From positions 32,054,001 to 32,118,000 of the forward strand of contig OZ260667.1 of NCBI GenBank assembly GCA_965285935.1: 64,000 bases of DNA. The letters run 5' to 3'. This DNA is from Ophelia neglecta. Lineage: Eukaryota. Of this stretch, positions 40,101 through 49,560 are shown piece by piece. The position numbers were made by a program, and so were the translations under genes. Numbering within the stretch: position 1 is the stretch's first letter; each line of letters begins with the position of its first letter. The notes beneath the pieces were generated by a model, which worked only from the letters and a program-made list of their open reading frames with translations, was not told the DNA's origin and ran no database searches.

Positions 40101-43100
40101 AGTCCGACCAAACAAAGACATCGTCCCTTCCTCGCATCAGCACGCTCCCAGGAGGGACAGCTGGCGTAACTTGGGGCGATCCCAGAGAATAAAAAGGAGC
40201 AACACTTAAGGATAATCTTTCTTTCTTTCCCCCCCAATCGCTCGAAAAACAGGCCTTAACATAAGTGGCCTGTGTATGTGATTGGTGATTGACACCGATC
40301 AAAATAATCTCTATCCAATTTTTCACGATGTTTTCCTTGAAAGATGGCAAGGAATGATTGCATGCTTATGTAACTTTGCGGCAAGTAACAGCGGTTTTCA
40401 AAACAGTACATAGCTTCCTTCCACGCACCTATACCTACATTATTGGCCTGTAACAAACGCCAGCCATTATAGCCGACAGAAATGACAAACGAACGATGAT
40501 TTCTAGGACCTTGATAGGAGCCTTGCACTCTACACGACCAGGCATCTCCCGAACACTGTCCTTGCTTCACCAGTAATGGCGGCACTAAATCGTTCCCAAA
40601 CGGCATAGTTTAGACAGCTTTCTCTTCGTACAGGTCCAAAACTCTTGGAAATTGTTGGTTGAGCGACAGAAACGATTATTTACACATTGAGGTACCAATA
40701 AAAAATTATTGGCGGGCGAGCCTTACGTATTTCCAGCAGACGACCCGACTGTAAGGCTCTCGTGGTGGATTCATAGAAGCACCTTGCTCGACAGATGTCA
40801 GGTAAATATTATATCGGGATTATTACAATCAATTCTAATTGTGCCAACAATCTTGTTTGAGACGGTTTGTCGGCGATTACTTTATCGAACTGCTAATCGA
40901 TGTCGAATTAATCCCGGTGAATGTTAATCGGTACTGACACACGCTGATTATAAGGCGTACCTGCAGCAGATCTTTATGACTTGGCCAGAGTTACAGATGA
41001 GAAGCCACTACAAGAGTGAAATATCCCCGCCTTGGGGGAGAAACTATTTCAGTTTGAGTTTCAATTGTAAAGAGTACTATTTCAAGAAGCATCTTCATAT
41101 GTGTTTTAAGATAATTGGTAAAGTAAACGACATTAAGATCTAATACTTTAGATAGGCCCTTGACTTGAATTACACAACTAAATGAGTCAAATTCCGTCAT
41201 TGTTTATAAATTTGTGCAAGAGATTGGTGGTGTTTATACCTCAATATTGCCAATAAACTGTTTGCACGGCGGCGAGTTGGCATAGACTTGGGTATTAGGC
41301 TGGCATTGTTTCCTGGGTTTGGACTTGGCAGCTAACCATTGTGTGGGGCTTTGGTGGCCTTCAAAGCTTTTAATTGATCTGGTCTAATTATCATAACAAA
41401 ATAAGTGCCCAACACCATATTTACGGGCGGTCGGTAACCCATTTTATCACACCTTCAGCTAGGGACAGGGGCGGCATGCCACTATTCTACCATCAGTAGC
41501 CGATAAGCGGTTTTCTTCTCAAAAACAGTGGCATTCATAAATAAAAATGTAATTACCATCAGAAAAGCTTCTTGTATGTTCCATAGATCACAACAGAATT
41601 TTTTTTAACGTGCTTTAGATGAAGTGAGCCTGTAAGGTAGACTAAATAATTGGCCTAAATCGTGTTGCACCAGCCAGGTGGGGTGCATGAAACCTCCCCC
41701 CCCCCACACACACACACACATAATCCTTCGATATTGATCAAAGTGCGGACGATTGTTCAAATCGTTGTTAGCAAACCGGCCCCGTATCATTCTAGTGTTA
41801 ATGGTGACACGCGATCGACAGATGCCGGAATAATTGACACATTAAAACCGGGAAAGAGGGACATTAAACGTCTGTCATTTACGCCCTCTCAAAGTCTGAT
41901 TAGCCAAACAGAAGGCCGACCAACACCTGACAACAGCCGCTATGTCCCACCTTATATTTATATAGTAGATTTTATAAGTCGGCTGGTGTTGGATTATTGC
42001 ATTTTAATAGTATAAGAATTAATATTACGTCGAGGTAGTTAAAGGGACTGTATGCACAGCGGACGAAATAGTGGGATTAATTACATTCTTGTTCGCTGTG
42101 TCCAATTAGACTATAGCATATAAGGCGTATCTAAGAAGCGATCACACTGCCTTATAGTAATTCCTTTCAGTGGGTTGTGGTGGCCATGCGCTCTCTTTTG
42201 TGAGACTCAATTGATAAAGAGCAAAGACCATGGAATTAACCGGTCAAAAAGAAAACGGCCAACACAATAATAGAATTTAACCAATATTCAATACCGGCAA
42301 CTGGTAGAGAAGCAAGATAACGGGCATTCAGTTAAGCCAGTCATTCGGTAAAATTACAAGCCTGCGGCTTGATAACGGGTGGTGATGGGCGAGTGGGGGT
42401 CTCCTCGAAGGGGGCGGTAAGTCGGAGCTTTGTGAGGTCGGGCAAGTAGTGACTTGAACCTGGCGGTATAGGCACTACGGGGTCATCGGGGGAGACCCCG
42501 ATGTCGGTGGCAGACTTTGTCACCAGACAACTTGTGAGTTCGGCTGCTCACATGGGAATATTGCTGCTCATTTGGGATATGCAGTACTATCGGTAAGCTA
42601 GAAGCTTGGGACGGTGTAAGTCAGCCGGCAATAGGCCTATCACCACACGTGTTTGCCCACAGCTGAGGTGTACTGACACGCCAACGCATAAACCGGCTGT
42701 ATACGGACCAACATGACCGAGAGTGAAACAAAGAAATCGACAAAATTCTGGTGAACTGCAGTCACAGATAAAGCTGAGCGCCAGCTGGGAATTCTAATCA
42801 AGCCCCACATGCCAGGCTAGATTCCCACTAACATGCAACGCTACCATACCCCAGCCCCCGTAGAACCACAAAACTGCGATAACTGATAACTTCAAACAGG
42901 CAACAAATATACGTGTTTCTGGACGGCCTTTGTGCCGAGACAGATATTAAAGCCAAAAGTATACCTAACATTAAGCGATTATAAGCCATCTGGTTTTGGA
43001 AGAAGATAATCGTAGGGTCTTTGTGGCCGGGCAGTACTGTTCTAGTATTTGACCATTCATTGACCAACTTTGCCAAGAACGTGAGGGTATGTGGTTCGAA

Positions 43101-45537
43101 AAAAAAAACTGTCGGCCAACACAAGCCTCCCCGCAAGCCTCCGGCAAGAACGTACTAGCAAGAGAAGGAAACAGCAGGTTCTTATTGTATGGATCAGCAA
43201 AACCTGAAGCTGCTCTCAATATGAATGTAAACAAGTCAGAGCCCGGCCAAAGCTATGGGGGAGCGGACTACAACTTCAATCTGAACCACAGCAGGCTGTA
43301 ACTCACGATCGGTCTGATCAACTACAATACTGTGTGCGGTTAGCAACACAAAACTTTTCACTCTAAATGTGAGTCTAAGTGGGGTAAAACGTGAATGAAA
43401 ATGGAAATTTGAATTTTCCAGCACTCTTCACTTTATTGGAGGAAATGTGTCTAGCGACTTGTTCAATACATGAGCCTTGTAGAGCTATGACGTACATTTT
43501 CTCTTCAAGACAAGTTGTAAACGTATTGAAAACAGGTTTATTTAAATCCCAAAATCTGATGACTGGTATACAGTTTCATTACAGTTCTGACACATTTTTC
43601 ATGCGATGTCAGTCCGATAACAAATGAGATCGTGTGCTGCTGGGTTACTCTTTCAGGGCTGGCTTAATAACCTTGCATAGTCCCTCCCGAAGGGCCCTGA
43701 GAGATATGTGATCAGTAATGACTAAACACAGCATGGAGTTATGGTCAAGCTTAACGGTCAAGGGCCTCGACGTGTCAGAAGTGACCAAGCAGCACTCATT
43801 ACCACTCAGGTTGAATATAACAATATCTGACAGGTTATCGGGAGGTGGACTAGACATTAAATATTTCTAAACAAAGTATGGCCTGGCATAAGCCTACACT
43901 CGCCAAGTTCCAGTTCCTTTGACCTGTTAGATCTGGCTAAAGGTATAGCACTATCGATTAGGAACGCCAACACCAAAACAAAATATAATAATCGATAAAT
44001 ATGAACAATGGGCAGACAGAGCAACCATTGGGCGAACAAGTCTCCATGGATTATTAAAACTTTCAGTCAGTACGGGGTTTTCAAGTTCTTTGTGGCATGG
44101 CTAATTGCAACCAGCTGTACTTCTCGGCACTATCGCCCCGGCCTAGGTTGTCCCACGCTGCCACGGCATGGAGCCCATACTCATTGACCATTCTCAGCTA
44201 ATATTGACACGGTGGCTATGTTTGGGGGGATTTTATTTGGTATCGTGTTGAATACAAATGTTTGTCGTGTTTAGGTGTGTGTCGGGGATGATATCTGTCG
44301 GATATCGGTGGCTGGAGAGCGTGTCACATCGTGCATACTGCCATGTATCATAATCATCGAATCTAAAGGGAGACACTCTCGCCGCCATTAGTCTCCAGGA
44401 ATCCAAAATCGGAATTGACTCACTAAATCTCGTTTCCCTAACCTTCTCCTCTCCTCCACCCAGGGGCCATACCCTTGTACAAAGACCACGAGGTACCGTG
44501 AGACTAGGAAACCTAAACCTAGTTTACTATACTGTGTAAAGTGAAGAAATTTGAGGTGCAGTATCAGCCGTAAAGCAAGGCTATAAAGTGGTTTTCCTCT
44601 CTCTTGTACCTTGTCTAGCAAATCTTGTTCTGAGGGCCTTATCTATTAGTGGAGAGGCCATTTTGAAACTGCTTTATAGGTTTATACCCCACAACTTCCT
44701 CGTGTGTACAAGCGAGTTCACTTCTTCTAGCTCTAAGCCAACAAACATGTCTACAGCAGTCTTACAATCATCACTTTCTTACTACACCAAGTGATAAATT
44801 GAATCGAACTTTGATCCATTGATTAGCAGCGACCAGCAACAGTGACAATTTTAAATCTACTTCCTGGCGGTGAAATGGATGACGCACTGTTAATAGTGTT
44901 AAGTACGCTTAAGAACACGAGGGTAGTGAAACTGGGTCATGGGCTGCTCGGACACGTCTTGTCAGACGGTCGAGCTATTCGTGCTTTGTGTGAAGAGCCA
45001 AAGGGAGTATGGGAAGGGGTTACTAAAACCTTCAGACAAGGCTGGTCAGAAGAAACAGGCTGTGATGCCATGTTGACATAAGTTAGAGCAGTAGCAGTGA
45101 ATATTCAGGGTATCTGGTATGAGTACTGACTGCTGTAAGGCGGGAGTCATGACTACCGGGGCACTGTGCTTGGCAACCATGTTTTCTGGGAAGATACCAC
45201 GCTGTTTTAAATGTTACAGGCTTCTAGCTAACTGTGAGTTAAAGTAACTCTCCTTCAAACTTAAAGACGATCTATCTGGTTTCGCGCACAAATTAACCAT
45301 AAGTTAACCATAAGCCAGAAACTGCCACTCAAAAGTTAATAAAGTTTGTATACTTACAAATCCATAACCCCGACTCTTGCCGGTTTGTCTGTCGGTGATG
45401 ACAACTGCTTCCTCGATATCTCCGAACTGTTCGAAGAACTCTCGCAGACTTTGGTCTGTCGTGTGGTAAGGGAGTCCTCCGACAAAGATCTTTGTGAATG
45501 TGGTATCCTTTTGCTGAACTCCTGAAGGTGTCGACAT
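9894..45537 (-). CDS. RBM24: RBM24/RBM38 (SUP-12-like) RNA-binding protein, 4 coding exons, 220 aa: join(45537-45358,37155-37035,30405-30348,10197-9894)
   Basis: Spliced product: [60 protein letters not shown]|[40 protein letters not shown]|[20 protein letters not shown]|[10 protein letters not shown]...[11 protein letters not shown]. The RRM is near-identical to RBM24/38 and the C-terminus matches the family's QPQQ..RMQ end. Intron phases 0,1,2 join in frame. Probably co-orthologous to vertebrate RBM24 and RBM38. Confidence 0.96.
10820..11450 (+). mobile_element. Decayed YqaJ-like exonuclease (ISL2EU-like relic)
   Basis: aaatgccttatag (KCPY with 1 nt lost) near 11169. SQVNG at 11333 plus frameshifted MAITG at 11353-11367 (cf. 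YQVQGQMAITG). A weak convergent transposase tail (NPIIK, minus) near 11630 and an end-like motif at 12022-12055. Confidence 0.5.
12450..14170 (-). mobile_element. Decayed THAP-HTH-DDE transposase (ISL2EU-like relic)
   Basis: In order: [20 protein letters not shown] (cf. RIC..HF.SG.P), [10 protein letters not shown] (cf. IF..WI.FLY), MACTY..PS (cf. IDCTE..PS), LG.TPE, PDK, IARGF (cf. ADRGF), KIPS...LSK.D.E...KLSS.(R)IH. Confidence 0.6.
15410..16910 (+). mobile_element. Decayed SWIM + YqaJ exonuclease gene, divergent partner of 12450-14170
   Basis: One frame reads KL..ITD...DEGR*P...[14 protein letters not shown] (cf. KL..DPY..D..WP..YL..PY..LKAYKSL). Then ACKPDQ, SHV, DINFMK and ENKPYIG (16871-16891). 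Confidence 0.6.
18248..18807 (+). mobile_element. Possible Mutator (MULE) 3' fragment with terminal repeat
   Basis: RCAAFH...RRV (cf. GC.FHW.QA..RK), ESWM, and QARL...LVT (cf. EARL..Q.RLVS). Two copies of CCCCGGAT..TCCAAG.CTAATT.CCCGG.TAGG (18715-18800) ending GGGGGTACTC. No partner end seen. Confidence 0.35.
19260..20200. mobile_element. Head-to-head YqaJ relic (minus, 19260-19650) and THAP relic (plus, about 19990-20200)
   Basis: SGCRLIK...PLLSDGL (cf. CGL.I...P.LGASPDGL). FPPPRR...WLL..GR...QHF. Confidence 0.4.
20267..20325 (+). mobile_element. 35-nt A-rich insertion flanked by a 12-bp direct repeat (TSD)
   Basis: ATTGGACAATTA at 20267-20278 and at 20314-20325, flanking an A-rich tract. 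Confidence 0.7.
21170..21700 (-). mobile_element. Decayed YqaJ exonuclease core (ISL2EU-like relic)
   Basis: Exact ASPDG (21569-21555), then LKLK, TFVL (cf. CDFVV) and DNVW...NLP. Confidence 0.55.
21710..22930 (-). mobile_element. Decayed THAP-HTH-DDE transposase (ISL2EU-like relic)
   Basis: HMLPSL, KYSG (cf. FYTG), RPR...[14 protein letters not shown] (cf. IIDCTEVF), VAPG/TFISFG* (cf. ITP.G.I.FIS.GW), SDKRG, and IVVCCLHN (cf. IV.VCC.L.N). Confidence 0.55.
23360..23900 (+). mobile_element. Decayed HTH-DDE transposase (ISL2EU-like relic)
   Basis: LAF...FIQWL, IVVDS, KEW, TDRGLDI (23694-23714) and exact ERVIG (23853-23867). Confidence 0.65.
24245..25620 (+). mobile_element. Decayed THAP-HTH-DDE transposase (ISL2EU-like relic)
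   Basis: TC..SC...REKW...TCQSHW, FRLG, VDCEI, ITPIG, GRG, KTRK...VDR and LDQ, in the expected order. Confidence 0.55.
25900..26516 (+). mobile_element. Decayed non-LTR retrotransposon (CR1/L2-group-like) ORF2 3' end
   Basis: [19 protein letters not shown] in ORF 26295..26516 matches the K/RFR.SNH.L.IE.GRW motif that precedes the C-terminal zinc finger. Confidence 0.7.
27990..28360 (+). mobile_element. Decayed DDE transposase core (ISL2EU-like relic)
   Basis: ORF 27935..28216 reads [10 protein letters not shown] (cf. IDCTE.FI.RP), CIGVS, and VVGARGFHI (cf. VMADRGF.I) in a single frame. Confidence 0.6.
28470..29481 (-). mobile_element. Decayed SWIM + YqaJ gene (ISL2EU-like relic)
   Basis: DQLIYFL...KLKA...CVYIHC...SPH, CLAH..DPCH, and FCL...RH...ECEFI. 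Confidence 0.45.
29607..30900 (+). mobile_element. Decayed THAP-HTH-DDE transposase, divergent partner of 28470-29481; appears to span exon 3 antisense
   Basis: ATG at 29607: [11 protein letters not shown]...ISFFGF...WL...RTC*TLFVS (clear THAP). Then IFYSG, LT....R.......LTRRF......VS, CTSIF..RP, LIAI and LLD*AYTI. The part 3' of 30300 is less certain than the THAP part. Confidence 0.55.
30348..30405 (-). CDS. RBM24: RBM24/38 coding exon 3 (58 nt, phase 1 to 2)
   Basis: Acceptor tttcctgtttctttattgcag| and donor GG|GTAAGT. It supplies exactly the phase change needed between exons 2 and 4. Peptide [20 protein letters not shown] resembles the short third exon of the family. Confidence 0.9.
31200..31570 (-). 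mobile_element. Decayed THAP domain relic
   Basis: HC...VRLP...QW..AAIR...DHRYL across frames. Confidence 0.3.
31763..31939. mobile_element. Possible MITE with GGCGGAT...ATCCGCC ends
   Basis: CCGGCGGATT at 31763 and AGATCCGCCTG at 31929-31939, with a GC-rich interior. No TSD seen. A similar GGCGGATCT start occurs near 48230. Confidence 0.3.
32473..32800 (-). mobile_element. Decayed DDE transposase C-terminus (ISL2EU-like relic)
   Basis: KSG, LKGFK (cf. DKGF), LRLHVKE (cf. RIHVER) and LCAL. Confidence 0.45.
33430..33787 (-). mobile_element. Decayed DDE transposase core (ISL2EU-like relic)
   Basis: A single frame reads FILDA...[10 protein letters not shown]...IWG...YLRPPG...LADHRLH. Confidence 0.6.
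37035..37155 (-). CDS. RBM24: RBM24/38 coding exon 2 (RRM C-half, 121 nt)
   Basis: Acceptor ttccttcttttaag|GTG. Encodes [40 protein letters not shown]. Donor G|GTGAGT. Not in the ORF track. Confidence 0.97.
37560..38200 (+). mobile_element. Decayed, internally deleted THAP-DDE transposase
   Basis: PGYTTRN...FHSVPSD, W..YR...YSVHL, PRTL, KLG, and [12 protein letters not shown] (cf. HHNTVKFLIGITP). Confidence 0.55.
38200..39100 (-). mobile_element. Decayed SWIM + YqaJ gene (ISL2EU-like relic)
   Basis: IPDPRYL, DVWY...PGPY...SL, C...GLGV, and HLYYQV (cf. H.YY.QVQ). Confidence 0.55.
39360..40600 (-). mobile_element. Decayed SWIM + YqaJ gene (ISL2EU-like relic)
   Basis: [15 protein letters not shown]...VAPFYSL, LTAS (39926-39915), DGL, ADIRCP (cf. 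EIKCP) and DYLE...RHP..Y. Confidence 0.6.
40700..41600 (+). mobile_element. Decayed THAP-DDE transposase, divergent partner of 39360-40600
   Basis: [12 protein letters not shown]...TVC, RLG, WSNY (41380-41391) and VADKRF (41496-41513). Confidence 0.6.
42430..42720 (-). mobile_element. Decayed THAP domain relic
   Basis: K*AAI (cf. KW.A.I), DKVCHRH (42521-42501) and HYLPDL. Confidence 0.45.
42830..44040 (-). mobile_element. Decayed THAP-HTH-DDE transposase (ISL2EU-like relic)
   Basis: I*CLVHL, FHFHSRF, LCWPT...NTRTVL (cf. WP...NTRVIID) and LLALISVS. Confidence 0.5.
44400..45081 (+). mobile_element. Decayed SWIM + YqaJ gene, divergent partner of 42830-44040
   Basis: GPY...Y, SCT/CLANL...EAIL, CTS, and LGHVLSDG...C..PKGVWE. 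Confidence 0.5.
45358..45537 (-). CDS. RBM24: RBM24/38 coding exon 1 (RRM N-half, 60 codons)
   Basis: CAAA-ATG start context. RNP2 IFVGGL and RNP1 RGYGF. Donor TTT|GTAAGT at 45357. Confidence 0.97.
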
Positions 45538-45929
45538 TTTGCAGCTGTGTGTGTAAGTTGGTCAAGAAACAGGAGAGACTCTAACGGTAGGCGATCCTGT
45601 GCGGTGTGCCTTGAGAATAAACTGTCGAAGGCTAGGCCAAAACTTTTGTCCGTGTTTCCTCGTGTAGTTACAGGCCCTGTGAGATTTATAAACAGACAGC
45701 TAGCCTTCCACAACGTGTAGTCCTTGATGGTTGGTGCGACTTGTCTTGACTCCTGCGGGTTTGGGAATGAAAACGTTGCACAAGTTCCGTTGTAAGTTAA
45801 CACTGCTGCGCTTTCTTGTTGTTCGTTCGGTTCCCTCGCTAACACTGCTGAATACCCAACTGGAGCATGTGTTTTCTTATGTACACTGGATTGCTTCTGG
45901 AAGGCTTTCACAAGGCCGGCCCCCTAACC

Positions 45930-46010
45930 GTGACAAACCCCGCCTTCTCACGGCATACATTAACGCGCACGTGTTCAAACGCCATATTGAAGTGTCAGCC
46001 AATCATAACG
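45930..46010 (-). promoter_or_regulatory. Candidate proximal promoter of RBM24/38
   Basis: About 400-470 bp upstream of the ATG. GC box GGCGGGG (45944-45938), E-box CACGTG (45968-45973) and CCAAT (45999-46003) abutting TGACA (TGATTGGCTGACA on minus). CpG-rich. Confidence 0.45.
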
Positions 46011-48699
46011 CCTGAGCCTAATTCTGCGTGTTGACTTTTTCTGCGCAGAAACACCAGTCCAGGACTTAACTTCGCAGTTACACGCAAGTTAACTTACAAG
46101 TCGAGACTCGGGGCACTTTAGGCTTATACTGTTTTAAGGCTGTTTTAATAATTCTCGTGCAGTTGATACATTTTTAGGGTGAGTTTTGTCGGTGTTTTGT
46201 TTAATGCAAACCCGACTGACGTGTCGTTGCAGTGGTGCAGTTGTGTGTGAAATCAGTTTTTCTCTTGCCGTCAGTTGCCTAAATTGATGCGCAAGTCAAG
46301 GGCAATTCAGCCTTGCTGATAGCCGAACTCTGTAAACAACTCTCTCTCATAGATATGTGTGATTCCTCTTCTATGTAAAACCCCGCGTGTCTTTTTGTTG
46401 AAGTGACCCCTTATAAAGTTTAACCCTTTGTTGTTGTTGATTTTCTTTGAGTGTGTGATTAAGATCAAGATTTAACTATTGGCTACAAGTATTATAGTTG
46501 AATACATCTCTTAGTCGAGTCACTGATGATAATGTTTTGATGACAAACGTATATCAGAAACACATAAATATTCAAACGTTGAACAACCGTTGTTAAGCCC
46601 AGTCGACTGGCAAGCGTCGTTGACTTCAGATGCATTACATGCCACGTGTCTGAGTAGCTAAACGGAATCGCATGCATCTTCATATAACGGCTTGGAGCCG
46701 AGGTGTTGGGTGACCATCGATGGTATACACCCATTGGACATGTTAGAGTTCCATTTTAGAGCGAGCGATTTGGCTAATGCAGTTTCCACATATATAACAA
46801 TTAGTTTACTTAGCCCCACACCATTTAGTTTGTATTAGTCTATTCGTGGATTAGAAGAATTATGATACGATCATCAATAAGAGACTCATGAAAATACGTA
46901 TTCTAATATGGGAGTTTTATAGACAGTCCATCACATTAAAAATTCGCCTAATCAAGTTTTACCTATAGTATACCAACAATGCTTTGGTATCAGCCGTTAA
47001 ATTCGAAATTTTTATTTGACGTTAGATTTATCTAGTAGACGAATACTATGTTTCTTATAGCATGCATACATGAAGGTTTTTATTATTATTTCAATATTTG
47101 ATACGATCGACCCGAGCCTGTTCAGACAGGTTTAGGTTGTTTATCTCGACTTTTCCTGATTTAGAAATGGCTTTAGTTTGTTTTATAAAATGCATCTAAT
47201 GGTCAAACAAAGTGAGCACAGATTGTGACAAGCTGTAAGTTGTAGGCGTATGTTTTGCAGGGTTTGTTGTGAAAGAATACAATAGGCGTGTTTACTTTGA
47301 AGAAAAACACCCGGGTATAAGTTCTTGACTTAAACTGACAGTGTCTCTATTATGTTAACTACATCATCTTTTAGTTATCATCCTGGTCGTTTGACTAATA
47401 ATCATAAGAATTGAAATCGGCAGTTTTTAAGGCTTTTTCACTTAAATTGAATTATGTAAATTCCTCTAAATCCATCGTGTCAAAGGGCAGCGAAAACTGT
47501 GCGTTTTTTCTTAAAGAAGACTACAAATCTGTAAGACCTCTAGATCTTTTGATAAAACATGCACATGCCTGCTTGTTAAGGATGATTGGTTTTAAAAGAC
47601 GTTTACCATCTCGTTACTGATATTGTAAAGGGCTAATATCACACCAAGCCCTCGGGGTACTATCATTGTGCGATCGTCTGCTATTTTACCTAACTAGGTA
47701 GTTCACATGGCAGGGGAGGTCTGAATAAACAGTCACACCATTTGTCACAGCGGAGTACTATCAGGCCAATTATGGCGGCGAACAGCACCTCAGTCGCATT
47801 TGTCAGTTTTATTGACACAAAACATGTGTTGTTCTGTGAAATATTCAAACAGCGACACCAAAATATGCCACAAATTATCTTTGATAAGACTGCTATGGAT
47901 ATGGATAAGCATATTTTGTCTGATTGCGATTGGGCAAGAAGGAAAACACTGAATCTATTCCCAACACGCCTAGTGGCTTCAACTGCTCATTTGTAATATG
48001 GGAAAGCTAATAAATATTACATTGCTCCCATATTAAGTAGGAGTATTGACATCTACTGATGCTCATTCAGAAGCTTTTTAAGAACTCGCTGAGCGTCAAA
48101 TTAGGAGGAGGAAGTTCTCTGTTGGTTCATCAATATTATTTGTAAACTGCCATTATAGAAAGGCACTTCCAGAAAGTGGAAAAGCCGATGATATAATATC
48201 TATGGATTTAAAACAAACATAGGGTCGAAGGCGGATCTGCAGAGGTTCACGGTCCGTATCAGGACCACCCCCACGCCACCCCGCGCCCCACCCCAGTGCC
48301 CCCCCCCCTCCATCGTGGGCGTGGGGTGGTGCCTGCTCATTAGCCCCCTAAACCCCTTCTGAGAGGAGACGCCCATCCTGAATATCCTCGTCATGATATA
48401 GACCCCCATCCCCCAACACGCCTCCCCATCCCACAATTCCCGCTTAGACCTCCCAACCCACGCTACCCCACCCCCAAACCCACTTATCGAACACCTTCTA
48501 TCACCTTGAATGATGGTGCCTCATCTATTTTTCAGAAGTCAGGCGCGGGGCAGCCGAGAAATGTTTTTTTTCTATAAATAGGTATAACTAAATATATTGT
48601 CAGGGTATTGTTTTATTAATAGCGTAATTAATCAGAATTGAAGCAGGTTTTTCCTGTATCTAATTTGTCTGAATAGAGATATTTTATAGTCCTATTTAC

Positions 48700-49560
48700 G
48701 CCTTTTATAGTCTATAGCCGTTCTGTCTTGACATGGATGTATTGCATCGAAGTAGATCTAGTTAATAGGTTCTTCGTGAACGCCACTTTCTTTTTGCAAA
48801 ACTTTGATTTTGCCTTTATTATAACTTTCGTAGTTTGTTTAAAGTTATCATCATTCTTTGTTAGCATTTTTTCTACATTTTACAATGGGATCTGTTGTGT
48901 GAATTTAGGATCACCCTTCGTTTGAGAATGTGAATTGCCGGATATAGTGTAGCCCTATGTTGGGAAGAAATGCGGGTCATTGCAGGATGTCGGTCTGTTC
49001 TTGAACCCAATGGACACATGTGATTAAGTACAGAGCTTTCTCTCTTGTCATCAAAGATCCAGTGTCACAAACCGAAACTTTTCGTGGGACAGAAATTGGC
49101 CAGTGTCCTCATAGAAACCGAAATAATTCCAAATTAAGTAGCAGGCATATATAGAAATGTTGCGGACTGCAGACTGTGAGCTTGATAACATATAGGTTAG
49201 TACTCCAGATGTTAAGGTATCTGGATTTGAGTTCTGCCCAGAAAGGCTTCAACAAGACGTACATGTTAATAAGTTAAACCTCTCTGTACAAGTTGTTGTT
49301 TATATCTCTTGGAGCTTTGGACCATTAACTTGCCCACGAGAGGAAGTAGTGGTAGCTGAGTGAGTTTGAGTTATGTTTATTAAGCCGTTATTATCCGTCA
49401 AGCATCTATAATAGACTCTAATCCTTGACAGCCTTCCGCAGCGTATTGCTGTGTGGCTACTTGAAAGGGAAAGCTATTGAAGGTAAGTGTGTGCGAAGCA
49501 CACATAATAATCTCTGCTTAAACATCGGCCAGACTTCCGCCCGAAACTGTGTGTTGTCTG
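48700..49560. mobile_element. Head-to-head THAP relic (minus, to about 49230) and SWIM-gene relic (plus)
   Basis: Minus: LFRF...TCVHWV...PAFLPNI and NDDNFKQTT. Plus: LTAFRSV..GYLKG (cf. LKAYKSL..YF.SG) and C......LCLNI. Confidence 0.4.

Noticed and set aside
45304-45357. ORF-track extension of exon 1 ([17 protein letters not shown])
   Set aside because: Read-through into intron 1 past a consensus GTAAGT donor.
45354-45911. 185-aa ORF overlapping exon 1
   Set aside because: Different frame from the RRM, non-ATG start and no recognisable domain. Probably 5' UTR.
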